A stretch of DNA of 57,716 nt, counting the filler, from Sphacelaria rigidula (Eukaryota): the NCBI GenBank assembly GCA_964200075.2. It is 8 parts of 8 records of this genome, joined end to end, with 100 filler letters (N's around TTAATTAATTAA, not from the genome) between each part and the next. Parts side by side here need not be neighbours in the genome. Positions count along the whole stretch, not along the records: positions 7,228 to 14,354 come from CAXNAA020016352.1; positions 14,455 to 21,581 come from CAXNAA020016353.1; positions 21,682 to 28,808 come from CAXNAA020016354.1; 5 more parts are not named here. One strand, 5' to 3'. Each line of letters begins with the position of its first letter. Positions within the stretch are counted from its first letter, which is position 1. Made by a program: the position numbers and the translations under genes. This document shows, in pieces, positions 12,916 to 25,564 of this stretch. The notes beneath the pieces are model-generated. The model made no database searches. It was not told where the DNA came from and was given only the letters and a program-made list of their open reading frames with translations.

Positions 12916-13170
12916 GACACTTTCCACCATAGCCCCCCCCCCAAAAAAAAAACAGCCCAAAAGTGTCACAAAAAAATGGACATGCAGCGCCTGATGTTTG
13001 GGTTCAGGCTGCATGAAACGCCTTATATGGGCGATATTGGCGAGAACGAACCCAAGCGCGGAAATTCCCAGCTGCTCGTTGTGCTCGGCTTTTTCCATTT
13101 CGATTTACGTGAAGACTTTGCCTCCTTTAACCACACTTTTTTGGTGGGGGAGGAGTATCGTAGAAAGTGT
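12916..13170 (+). mobile_element. MITE family D (~255 bp, TIR ACACTTTCTACGATA + C-run)
   Basis: TIRs at both ends. Reverse-orientation copies at 36695-36948 and 50590-50781. Confidence 0.75.
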
Positions 13171-14354
13171 GTTTTTTTTTGTCTTTGTTCACGTCATTTT
13201 TTTCTCAGTGTTATTCTATTTGTTACCTACTCCTTCCGTTCTCATCGTTCCCTTCATCTCGAGTTCGTTTCAGGGAGTGTTTTTAGTCACCCATCCTGAG
13301 CAAGCCTTGGTTATCACCGCAGCTGGATTCGTAGCGGAGCGATTGATGTAATGTGCCAAATTCAATGCGCGGATCAATGCTTTAACAGACAAAACATCTC
13401 AGGAGTGGGGTACCGTACGGAACATAGTAAAGCTCAGCCTTCACTTTCTCCCACCTAACCTGTGACGGATTGAATAGCAGAAGCTGGGCGGGACTTCCTT
13501 GCGTGCTGAAAAAGATTAAAATAGGTTTTCGAGGTGGGAAAGGAGTTGTGGCTGAAATTTGCTATGTGCAACCGCACTTAAACACCCCTACCGCTGGGCT
13601 GTAGAAGCCACACAGCAGGTACGCCGTGTGGAAACTCAAATTTCGTTTTGTAATGTACGAGACTACTATCCTGCCGTGAAGATAGACACAAATCCTTATG
13701 CCCAACGTAGCGAGAGAACCCCTAAGCAGTGCACGCACAACAGGAGGGATATAAGAGACGGTCAGCGGTGGAAGACAGAAATACAAGAGATAACGTATTA
13801 GAAACGTATTAAAGTAGTCATGCAAAATAATACTACCGTGCTATTGATCCGAGGGAACATATTACCAGGTTACGTTCTGTAGGGTACGGGTACGCTCGGC
13901 AGGGTATGAGATTCCGTGCAGAACTTACAGAACTGTCGTGTGCCGGTATGGAAGTCTTACAGAACTCACAGAACCTTCACATATTCCGAAACTATGCTTC
14001 GATGCATCATGACGTTCGCGCATAGTTTGGTTTGGGTTTTCTTTTGTTTGTTTTTTGCCCACTTTGGACCTCCCTGAGGACGACAGAAGAGGCCACAAAA
14101 TCCAAAGCTGTCTGTAGGATACGGGTATGTTTGGCAGGGTACGACACTCCTTCCATAATCCACAGAACTATCGGGTACCGGTGTGGAATTCTTGCACAAC
14201 TTACAGTAGCTGTCGGGAACGGTTTGGACGTTGTGCAAGAACCCTTACCCGTTACCGAGTATTTCTAGAACGGCGCACCCGTACCCTGGGAAAAAACAGC
14301 CAATCATCTATATTGAGGATGGTGCTATTGATTGAGGATGATAACCCGGAGGAT

Positions 14355-14454
14355 NNNNNNNNNNNNNNNNNNNNNNNNNNNNNNNNNNNNNNNNNNNNTT
14401 AATTAATTAANNNNNNNNNNNNNNNNNNNNNNNNNNNNNNNNNNNNNNNNNNNN
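14355..14454. other. Artificial contig linker
   Basis: N44-TTAATTAATTAA-N44. Confidence 0.98.
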
Positions 14455-14655
14455 GCCCCTAAAAATTCTGCATGCACAAGAATATGGGTCAGGGCACCCC
14501 CGTTTGCAAATTTATTCGGGACATCCCTTACTCATTGGAATAGTAATAATGTCGTACTCTCGCATATTTCATAAGTGGTGCTTGGCATGAGATGAAGGGC
14601 TCCTAACGATTCTACCCGCAGAAAATATTTGTGCACTCCTACCATAGCATCCCTC
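14455..14655 (+). mobile_element. MITE family B (Sola-like), 5'-truncated by the contig edge
   Basis: Matches the body and right TIR of 15294-15549. Confidence 0.75.
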
Positions 14656-14967
14656 TGTGCTCCGTTCCGACTTTGTAAGGATGCGTGGTCAATGGTCTTA
14701 TGACGATGACATGCATGATCATAAAAACGCCCCCCCCCCCCTAACTCCACGACCCCCACGACCTAAGGAGGGCTAGCGCGGTTGGTAACGACGCTGTTAT
14801 ATACGCCACCCACCACTGTATAAGCTAGGCAACCAGGTTACCGGTCTTTTTTGCTTGCACTTTTTCCCAGTAACCATGACGGTAGATCGAGCAAGATCAG
14901 GTTGTGCAGGATGGCGAACCTTACTTCCGCGCAGCGGAGATAATCATACTACGCAGGGTTGAAGTCT

Positions 14968-15268
14968 TGAGACACCCATGAGGCTGCATGAGACCCGTGG
15001 CTGTCCCTTGAAGTGGTGATACCAGAAAATGAAGCACTTCACTTGAGGCTGTCATCCCCATGCGAGATAATCAGTACGCTCCGGGTCGAACAACCTTCGG
15101 GGGATGAAGCTCACCCTTTCTGCGACTCGCTGAACACATCACGGCTCTCCGCGCTTGATGATTGCTTGCGCGCCTGGACCGGCAAAAACCCGGCGTGCTC
15201 CATCCCGGCTTATTAGGAATACGAGATCAACGGTGTCATGACTGCGAATACGAGATCATGACTAGACC
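14968..15268 (+). repeat. Dispersed repeat family C, copy
   Basis: Collinear with 8536-8826. Confidence 0.8.
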
Positions 15269-15293
15269 CCCGCTCCTACGTCACTGCGGCAGA

Positions 15294-15549
15294 GAGCAAT
15301 GCTGCGGTAGAAGGGCACTTCTTTTGCGAAATTTGTCTGGTTCAGGAGTTCCTAACGATTCTCGACGCACAAGAATAGGGGTCAGGGCATCCACGTTTGC
15401 AGATTTATACGGGATATCCCCAGCACATTGGAATAGTAATCCTGGCGTACTCTCGCATACTTTCATAAGTCGTGTTTTGGATGTAGTGAAGGGGTCCTCA
15501 CAATTCTAACCTCAGAAACTATTTTTGCTACCCTACCGTAGCATCACTC
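15294..15549 (+). mobile_element. MITE family B (~257 bp; GAG...CTC termini; 4-bp TSD; Sola-like)
   Basis: TIRs GAGCAATGCTGCGGTAG ... CTACCGTAGCATCACTC, flanked by CAGA on both sides. Confidence 0.8.
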
Positions 15550-18500
15550 CAGACGCGAGAACCGCGAACCGTCGAACACAGAAACTCATAAATAACGTCA
15601 TCATATCCGCCGCTTTTGTTTTCTCAAGTTCTTTTCGCAAGGAAGCAAACAATGATATATAATAATATTATGTGTGCCGGCAGGAACCAATTTCCCTCAC
15701 TCACATTGAGTACAGATCTCACTAGAATCATTGCAGCTTTGTCCGACATGGAACCACGGAAAAAACATGAACCATTCACTCCCGCCGGTCGCGCTCACTG
15801 CTAGGCTCCACGTTAGCCAGCCCAGGCCCGCGAAGATCCAAAATACCACTCGCGCAGGGGTCCAGGTGGGAGGCATTCCCTGTGTTGAATCATTAATCGA
15901 ATGATTCATTGGTTGGTTGCTTGTCGCATATCTACCAAATGTGTTGCGAGCCCACGTTTTTTCAAAGGACAAGGCGTACCTCAGCTATGCAAAGAGCAAA
16001 AAAGGTACCGGCTCAAATAAACCTGAGCTGTGAAAGCATATTGCAAAGAAAGCATGGTGTATACGGATGTTTGAGTGAGTTGCGGCGGCAAAGGGCAAGG
16101 AGCAAACAGCATCAAACGTACAAGAAGTGTGAGATCGAGAACGCAGTGCAGGTGGCATAGACGGAGAGGTACGCTTTTCAGATGCAGGTAGCGATTGTTG
16201 CGGCGTTCACACTCTTCCTCTCTACTCGATGAGACAGAACTTTAGGCGCGTTCCGTACGGACGTGTGCGCACGCACGAACGACAAACGGCAAACGCTCCC
16301 TGACTGGTTGGCCGATCGATCGAGTGGTGAGACGTAAGAGTCGTACAGCGAGAGAGCAAACGCGAAATGTAGTAAAAAATCGCAGACCCGCGGCTAGCGG
16401 GGGGGCAACGTGAAATTTCACTTCCGCCCCCCCTGAAGTCCTGTTGAGGTGCCCTCTGCTCAACATGATGGTGCTAACCCAGCAGTAACGGTTTCCAAAA
16501 AACGTGTCTACAATCGCTGTGCAGCCCTTGTGAATGCATACTTTATCGAAGGGCGTTCCACGGAACGTAATGAAATATTGCCCCCCTTTTACCACCCCAC
16601 CACTTGTTCTAACTTTGCACAAGTAAAACTCATTTGTTTTAGGCTTCTACAGCGGAATGAAAAGGTGAAAACACAACACAAGTACCTGCGAAATCATTCA
16701 CGAGAGCGATCGGCATTATTTCATCCCCCCATTGTGCTATGCAGTGCTAGGTTGGGCAATTTTCGTAGTCGGGTGCTTCTCTGAATTTTCCCATATTGTA
16801 ATGCGTGAGAGGCCCGTGGGCTTAGAGGGCAGCGCCGTAGCTCCAAACACCTCAAAATCGACGTTTTCCGAAACCAATCGGGCCCGCAGGGACCACGCCC
16901 CTGACCCCAACCCCAACACTAGCCCTAACCCTAACCCCAACCATGGGGATGTTCAACTTCCGACGGGGTCCTCTAAGCACGCGGTCTTCTCGCGTACTAC
17001 ACATATAGTATGCTTCCTAAGCACTCGTAAATGCTGGCCTCGATAGATGTCGAGAAAAGAAACAGGTTGTGCTCAACACGCAATCCTCAGTCGGTGATGT
17101 CTGAGTGATACGGAATAAGTACCTGGTTTATCAGGGGGTGCTGTCTACGTCGCTGATTCTAAAAGCACAGGTTTTCGGCTCGAGCGCAAGGAAGAGGTAG
17201 AAGCTCAAACAATTATTCATTTTCGTTATTTCAGGAGAGCGATCGAAAATGCTTCAACCGAACAAAACCCCCCAACGTTCAAAACGTGGGACAGGGTAGT
17301 CACAGGACCCCCTATAACCGGTCAGCCCGAGTGTCGTACAATATCGATCGTAGAAACGATTTCGCATCATAATGTGGAGAGAATACCTGCAATAGTGTCG
17401 CCCGAACCCCAAACTTGAGGATCAAACGTTCACTGGGATGAGCGCTGGCATACACAAGCACTATCGAAAATCGCCGACTACGGAAAAGTTACAAATTTCC
17501 GTGTTGCAGCTGAAACCTGCTTCATTAGAACGGGTGGTCGCCACTGATCGAGGGGGAAGGGGTGTGGGCTCTGCGTGCGTTACAGACCACTGTATGGATT
17601 GAGTTATGCTACGGTGGAGGTGCACGTATTCGGCCCAAACGTTTCTCGTATCGAAGCGCCTCATCGTAGACGCCGCCAGGAGCATTGGCCGGGGCATGTC
17701 CGTTTCGAAATGTATGTTGGGATAACCCTAGCCCATTCGATTGCTGATCGTGCGGTGTTTTCACATTGTTCACTCATCGTTTTTTGGATGAGATACCGGG
17801 TTCCTAAGGACATGAAGGTGAAGATTACTTTGCGCATCCCTATCGTGGCGTTACTTGATTGATTGTTTCGTGCAAGTCGATCTGCTACAAACGTAGCCGT
17901 CGGGATAAGATAGACGTGACCAAGTGACCGAGGTGAATGAAGCGGACCGCTTGCTGGAATGGACGATGGAAAAGAGACTCGACGAGAAGAGAGATGAAAA
18001 AAGTCATGTGTTGGCCTACAACGGCATACATGAACCCAATATACAAATCATGAACTACGAAGTTTATGTATGTGAGGGGGAGTAATTGATTTTGTTTGCC
18101 TGAGTAGTTCTTTTTTCCCGAATAAGGCTGAGACTTTCCAGGGTATAAAGTAGACGAGTCCCTGCCTTTCATCTGGAGCGGTTATTCGTACAACATAATC
18201 ACTACATGATTTTGCAATTTCCAATCGTCAATTTTGAGGCTGCCGTTTTCAGAGGGCAAAAATGACAGGAATAATAATAACATTAGCAACCACTCCGGAA
18301 AAACCAAAAGGAAGCCCGACCGTGTTCACGCCAACGCGGGAGCGTTATACACGTGCATGCTGCGGTTTTACACCGTCCTGACTGTAGGGTTCAAAGACAC
18401 TTTGCATATGGTACACGCAGATGCATTGGAGATCGCATAGACTGAGAGGACGAACCCAAGAAGAATGTGCGATAGCTTGTACACAGTGTAGCCGGTCACG

Positions 18501-19593
18501 ATCAAGACTTGACGGCTCGAACGTGTGGCCAGTTCAACAATACCGAACAGTTTACGAAGGTGCCCCAGCAGGGTAAAACAGTGATATTCACGAAGTACAC
18601 TGCCGTACACGAAGTATACTACTGTACTGGAGAGACATGATTTTTTTCGTACTGGCGCACATCATCCTGCATTTTACCAGCGCACGCAACTCGGGTCCCC
18701 CGCTGATCGATGGGTATGTCGGCCTAGTTAGGTAAGTGGTTCGTGTCGGACGTCTAGAAGGCACTGGACTGCTGTGCATGTGTGCACACACGCGGCCATT
18801 CGGATATCCCCGAAGATCCTCTAGTCGATTTTCCAAACGTCTCCCTACCTGCCGTCCGTTTTGAAACTGCCCACTAGAGGATCTTGAGCATATGCAGTCC
18901 TCTACCCAATGTTCGATGTTAGGGCCTCCCTCAAGGGTGCGTCAATATCTGAATCCTCTGGATAATTTCCGAAGGCATTCTTGCGATGAAAATTCGGCAT
19001 TTGAACAGCCTCTGCTTCTCGAAATAAACCGATGATGCCCGATTCCAATCTTCACAAATTGGGCAAAACGGATTATCTCGAATAGCAGAGGCTGTTCAAA
19101 CATCCCATACAACAGCATATCAGCTCGAAAGTCCTCACTTTGCCCGCCAGTTTATCCTGAAATTGGGTAAAAAGAAGGACGTTCGAACAGACTGCCGTTC
19201 AAATTCCATATGTGTACTGTACTGCTGTTGTCAGTATCCGAAATTCGGACAGCAGGGGCTGTTCAAAAGCACCCACGTCTTGCCCGCCAATTCACATCAA
19301 TTGGGCAAAACGCGAGAATTTTTTTACAGCCTCTGCTGTACAACCCCATACGCTGACTGCCAGTATATGTACATACGACCGTGATCTTACATTCGTTGGA
19401 AGTTGATCCCAGCTATACGGTCTATATCAAACACCTCTTTCCAGAAAACAAATGTTGCCAGTTGTCAACGGATACAAATCTGAGCAATGAGTTGATAAAA
19501 AAAGCGGACAATTTTGGTAGCGGCGTATTGATGTACTTTGATGTAACGATATGAATCACTACAAGAACGGTATGGAGCTGTACTGGACTGTAC

Positions 19594-19650
19594 CATACCG
19601 TGCAGGACAGCACCATACCGTGCAGGACAGGATCATACCGTGCAGGAAGG
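19594..19650 (+). repeat. 20-bp tandem repeat, ~3 copies
   Basis: CATACCGTGCAGGA core recurs at 19594, 19614 and 19634. Confidence 0.9.
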
Positions 19651-21581
19651 TACGGTGCCGTACCGCAGAGTAGACGGTACGCGCCACGTATTGCTGTACA
19701 GTTTGAATGCCTGTAAGTGTACATATATGGGGGTGCTACATACCGTCGGCTGCGGTAGACGCGCGTCACCGCTAGCAATTATCAGTGCAAGCCAGTATGC
19801 ATGCGTGCGTGTTTCGTACAGTATAGGATGTGAAATAGAAGTAAGAAACGTGCGGTATAGACAACGAAGGAGTACTGCGGAGAATATTATACGTTTACCG
19901 TCCACTACAGAGGGATGAAACACCCTCTAGAGGGTATTTGATCCTCCACAACAAGGTAATTTTACCCGGGATAGGATGGAAATCACGATAATGGAATTCA
20001 AAGAGAAGCCGAATGGCCGCGTGTGCGGTAGTATTCGTGGACTACTGAGAAGGGGCTTATCAGAATTGGGGGGTATACAAAGAAACGATGTGACCGTTTG
20101 CAGGTCGGCTCATCGCTCGCCCTACTCATTCGCGGTGATTAACAGCGACTGCTTCCTCCTGCAGACAGAGCGGCTGTGAAATTACACCCCAATCGTTCAT
20201 TTTTGTAAAAGATGAAGTATGAAAAAAGGCTTCACTCGACACTTGATTAAACACCTTGGCGAAGAGATATATACGCCATCAATGTAGTCAATGATGACGA
20301 CGATAAAAGGGATGGAGCACGATTTGAACGGAAAAAAGGTGGGTGAATGGTGAACAAGTACAAAAAAGTAACGACGATACGGAACTGAGAAGGTTCAAGA
20401 AAAAAAGAGCTCACAACAGGTTTCCGTCAGGACTCAACTACAACAAGCGATCGTACAAGACGCAAGGCTGTGGGGGTAGGTTGCGATTCAGCTGTGTAGG
20501 AAGCGTAGAAGCAATACGAGGCAGGAGCTGTCGCCATTTTCTACACTCTCGGGAAAGGAGATTAAAGATGGGTATGCGCATCAGGTATCAGCCCATAACA
20601 ATATACGAAGTGTCAATACACGCAGGTTCACCGTGAATGCCCAAACTTCACTCCCCACCAGATACAGAACGCAAAACTGACCCGGAAGAAACATATTAGG
20701 TGTAACAATAAGTCCCACGAGCACGCGAATAGTGTGACATAGCCAGTTTTTATCGTGCGTTCTCTGCCGTTGCGCTGGTGGCAAAAATGTTTTTCGGCCA
20801 ATCAGAGGCCTTCAAGTTGTTCTGAAAAACAAAATGCGAATTCACGTCACAATTTGTACTCAATTTCATCACGAGTTAAGCCTTAGTAGCCGTCATCAGC
20901 GAGGGATGCCGTAAGCGAGGAAATCTAAAGCAAAAAAACAGATTGAATGACGGGTTGGGTGACATCGAGGTATACCCCAAAACGTGGTAGTTCCTTTGTT
21001 TCATAAGTTTGCACTAATTGACGTTTAATCGTTTGGGTTTTTCAACATTGACGATCATCCTACCGTTAGGTTTTATAGAGAGGTAAAGCGTAGAAGAAGC
21101 TGACGAAGAAACAAAAACGAAAAAATAAATTGTTTCCATCACTAAAACGATGTCGAAATAACACCCCCATTTTGACCCTTTTTGATCCGTTAGTACCCCA
21201 TCATTGACCGATTTTGGACGTTCTCACGTCGAGCACTAGCAATTACATGCTAACGAAATGTTGAATGAGGCGTGCGTACGTTGACATCACGGAAATGTTC
21301 AAAATAAATGGCGGTTTCGCCATTTTCACTTTTTCTGGCCCATTTTTCGCGATTCTTTGTGTTGCCGGATCACTCATGCTTTCCTGGGAGGACGAGAGAA
21401 AAATGGCCGTTTTTGGATCGATCTACTTTTTCTCGGCCGCGCGGCTGCATGGGTCAAGCACCCACGTTGTAGAAAGACTGTTGGTTTTAGCCAAAAAAAC
21501 GCCGACAAATGCAGTACAGTAGTCAGCGTCAGAAGTATGCAGAATCCGTAATTTCTTATTTCTCAAAGATTGTCCAAATTT

Positions 21582-21681
21582 NNNNNNNNNNNNNNNNNNN
21601 NNNNNNNNNNNNNNNNNNNNNNNNNTTAATTAATTAANNNNNNNNNNNNNNNNNNNNNNNNNNNNNNNNNNNNNNNNNNNN
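21582..21681. other. Artificial contig linker
   Basis: N44-TTAATTAATTAA-N44. Confidence 0.98.
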
Positions 21682-22209
21682 TCATATAGTGGCAGAATGT
21701 GAACTATACAAGGAGGAACGAGACGTGCTAGAGGGGGGAATGCGGGGCGTGAGCGAAGGTGGCATGAAATCGCTTGATACATTAAACGGTGGGAGAAAAC
21801 GATGGCTATACTAGGTAATATTTGGTGGCCACAGACGGCGAAACAGGACGGGGATAAGATATGTAAAAGGCTTTTGTGCAATGTATAGAAGAAACGTAAT
21901 GGGCGTCGGAATGTTGGAGGTGTCTGTATCAAGAGTAGGAACGGTGCTCCGTCTCGAAAGGGGTGCGTGGTCAACGGTCAAATGACTAAGGCAAGCAACA
22001 AATGAGTACCCCCCCCCCTCCCCCTCACCCACGTGTGCCTTCTTTTGAAACGGTTGTTCACAACATACGAGGTCATTTTCCATAGCACTTCTTTTACATG
22101 CGGTAACCCCGCCAGCCAGTAAAACGATAGCTTTGCTGACATGCCGTGCAAACACGCAGACACTGATAGGAACCACAAGCTCATCTACGCTGCAACCGTT
22201 TGATAGTAC

Positions 22210-22210
<1 letters not shown>

Positions 22211-22270
<60 letters not shown>
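22211..22270. repeat. (AGT)20 microsatellite
   Basis: Pure AGT array followed by a degenerate AT-rich triplet tract. Confidence 0.97.
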
Positions 22271-22271
<1 letters not shown>

Positions 22272-23260
22272 TCAATAATTTATTAATATTACCAGAAATA
22301 TTAATAATATACTACAATAATTATAATTACTCAAATCATCATTACCATCGTTACTATCCTCACTAGTGTTTCTGTTATTTTTTATTATCATACAACTATT
22401 TCAGCACATTAGCCCGACTTTCGGACCCGTGATCACAGACGTACACTCGCGGCGCTACCTGTTTACATGTGGGGTATACAAATAAAGAGCGTGCAGGTCG
22501 CGAACGCCTCCAGAACCAAATTCACGACAAACGCAATTGCAAATACTGCACACACCGAAGGGTATGACATTCATGTCATTCTCACAATAATGTCCTATTC
22601 TTGCCCACACACGGAACAATAGTCGTACTCCACAGCAGTCCACAGGAGGGCATTAAGAAAGAGACCATCGATAGAAATTTCGGTAAATAATGGTTGGTAC
22701 TATGGAGATGCCGCCAACGCTAACGCTAACGCTAACCCTAGCCTCGACCAAGGTATGCCGAGAACCCTTGGGCAAGGGGGGTGTATGGTGTTCCCAAAGC
22801 AAAGTGTGCGTTGCAAGAGCTCAAATCGACGCCGCAGGTGCCGAGTTTGGACGAAACACGTCCTAGACCAGCTATTAATAGCTCACCTGCAAGCACCTAC
22901 CCCTAACCATAGTTTTTCTCAGAACTTTAATGATTCTGGAATCAAGTAGAATCGAGTACCGACCATTGTTTACGGACATGTCGTAGAGCAGGAGACCACA
23001 CACGTCGACGGCGATGACCTCTTTGCTCGATACTGACGAGCCAGCAGTCGTGATGTGTTCTTGGGCAGTCAAGCACCAGGCATGCCCGATTGAATGAATG
23101 CTCCGAACACACGGACCGTATATGCAGCAGCTGCTTGCTACCGAGAATACCGTCACACGATGGGATAACACTTGAACCCTCAAATGATAGGCCTGTTGTC
23201 CATGACGCTGCAGTAACTATCAGCTTCTTCTTTTTTTCGTTTTTTGAGATACTGCCCTAA

Positions 23261-23362
23261 CCCCTAGACCGCGATGCGGATAGTCCATCCGGATCACTGA
23301 TACTTTTTTCAAGTGAATATTGATGCCGATTCAGCGGGTGACCTACCTTCGCGGTCAAAGGG
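23261..23362. mobile_element. ~100-bp piggyBac-type MITE
   Basis: CTAA, then CCCCTAGACCGCGA ... TCGCGGTCAAAGGG, then TTAA. Homologous to 55998-56095. Confidence 0.75.
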
Positions 23363-23899
23363 TTAAGGAGTGTTCGAAGATAAATCTTCTCATTTCATGA
23401 TTCTCGGTACAATCGAGCAGAGAACTCTCACCGCTGTCTGCGTTTGTGGTGTCCTGCCCCACAACGAAATCTGTTCGGTGCTACTGTTAATGCCCGTGAG
23501 TGGGACCCGATTTTGGGCGCTATATATCGGGAAAATGGACCGACCAACTACACCGTCAGTTGAAAGCAGAACAAATGAAACCTGAGTGAGCCAATCAGTA
23601 TCAATCACAAGTACACGCGTCACTCCAAATGACGACCACGCTCATACAAAATGTAATATTACTATACTGTACGTACATTCTACAACAAACGTGTGACTGA
23701 CGTTGATGTACACCTGTACCCAGGGTTACAACAACAGGAGGACAGAAGATGCTGCTCGTGTTGTTGTTGTGCCCCTCTTGTTGCAGTATGTTGTTGTGCC
23801 CATCTTTCAACGAAGATTCCTCGGCAACGAAGCAGAGGATTCGACTGCGGTTTGATGCGTGCGCTTCCCATACACCATAACTATTCGATGTGGCAGCGG

Positions 23900-24760
23900 A
23901 TTTCTGAAACGCGTGCCGCGGAGGCCGCAGCACTTTGCAAACCGCCAAAATGTATTCAAACACGCGTTTCCTTGGACGTTCTGGGGCTTTTCGGACCCGC
24001 TGTGACGAATCGAGCAACTCCGCCGCCACACTGAAAAGCTCTGGTATGTGTGCGGGCGGCTGTGAAGTGCCACAGGCCAGTCTGCTTCCTGTCTAAAGAA
24101 ATATGCGATGACAATACAGCCGTCGCATACTACACCCAGGTAACTTGGGACGAGGTGTGTGTTCTATTCGGCAGAGGTTCGGCAGAGGTTAACCCAGTCT
24201 ATGGCGTCTTCAATACGTCTTCAATATCCCTCCACGTTCGATTTGTTTTGTTGGCCATCGATTTTTGGTCGGTAAGGCCTTCATTCACGGGCATAACTGT
24301 ATTGGCCTGCTGTGAGCTGCTGTGGAGCACGACTGTTGTTACGTGTGTTCAGTATTTGAAATCGGGTTTCTCGTGGATTTGGCTCTGGAGGTCTTCGCGA
24401 CCCGCACGCTCTCATTTGCATACGCGACCTGCAAATAGGTCGCGCCTGTGCTCATCATTCCAGTACCGTGACTAACATTCACTCTTACGCCAAAAAAAAA
24501 AACGGAACAAAATCCGACATCTTTTCGCCCCAATACGCACGCACACACCGCGCAACCCCAGATTCAGCAAGATGAGGTTGTTGTCGGTTGTCTACATGAC
24601 ATGTGGTCGAAGTTTCAGCACGTAAAAGCACCAACAGCGCTTGCACGGCCGTGTCTCCTGAAATGAGCACCTCTACAGGCGATACCAAGATATGTACCGC
24701 GTAGAATGACATCATCCAGAGTGTGCGCAATACGGATCGATGTGTTCGTTTGCCGGGGCA
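23900..24760 (-). pseudogene. Decayed coding relic, possibly hAT transposase C-terminus
   Basis: Broken minus-strand frames include HIPELFSVAAELL...PER...RVF, resembling the hAT dimerisation motif (P.L..lA..lL......ER.F). Has in-frame stops and two 11-bp duplications. Resemblance judged by eye only. Confidence 0.3.
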
Positions 24761-25564
24761 GGAGCCACCCAGCAGGAAGTGAGCGTATTTGAGTGTAAAA
24801 ACATGCATCCACTGACGTCTCACGCAGTCTGGGCCGACGGGACTGCGTTTTGAGGGCGTATCGATGGCATTACCCCCAAATCCGTATTTTGCTTCGTGCG
24901 TCTAGCGCACCACGTAAAACGTGCCGCCGCTCTGGGAATATGCTGTCTGTGTTGTGGTCTACCTCTGTGTCAAGTTTCAGGCATGATAGAACAGACACGG
25001 CGGAGAAATTTAGAAGCAAAATAACCCTTGATTTGTACTGAAAATACAGGACTAAACCCTGTTGAACCGTCGAAAGATACATGAGGTGCGTACGATTTTT
25101 GTATGCGGGAATCTTGGCAGTTGACTTGCTTCTTTTTTTTTTGGCGTAAGACTGTATATAGGTACACTTTTATGTTGTCTGGCGGGGGGAGAGGACGTCT
25201 ACCGTAGGTCATCCTCTAGAGTATAACACCCCCGGGTGTTCCGGGTGTTGGAGCATGTTACACGAGGCAAAAAATGAACCCAACTTTTAGTTCATCGTAA
25301 GCCACTGCACGTTTAGAAATGAACCCCATTCTTGACCCTTCGACTGCGGAGCTTTTTTATTTTATTTTGATTTCTCTATTGGAAGAGGAGTATTCAGATA
25401 TTGAAATCAAACGCTCACATTTGCATACCTTAACTCACCAGAAAAATGACTTGCTTCGAAATTCAAGCGTTAATGTCTACAAATCTGCACACCTCCAACG
25501 ACACGCACAAACCTAACCCTCTTTCGACGATGGAACATGTCGGATGGTGCTCGGTAGGCCAGAG

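Noticed and set aside
15162..15509. Recurrent small ORF family (NSNPGVL..FISRVLD, also 40406-40657)
   Set aside because: Translations of MITE family B; the frame is not conserved among copies.
16905..16942. Telomeric repeat (CCCTAA-like; also (CTAACG)n at 22716-22740)
   Set aside because: Short, degenerate and internal; treated as simple sequence.
17848..18172. Possible minus-strand exons (ERQGLVYFIPWKVSALFGKKELL / SKRSASFTSVTWSRLSY)
   Set aside because: There is a good acceptor at 17954, but the model needs a poor GC donor and shows no recognisable homology; left unresolved.
19594..19650. Mini-CRISPR
   Set aside because: Contiguous 20-bp units with no spacers, eukaryotic context and no cas genes.
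21811..22366. polyLeu/polySer ORFs
   Set aside because: Translations of the (AGT)n microsatellite and family C repeat.
22965..24030. Minus-strand spliced host gene (VAAELLDS... / EHITTAGSS...)
   Set aside because: Weak splice sites and upstream stops; better explained as a transposon relic.
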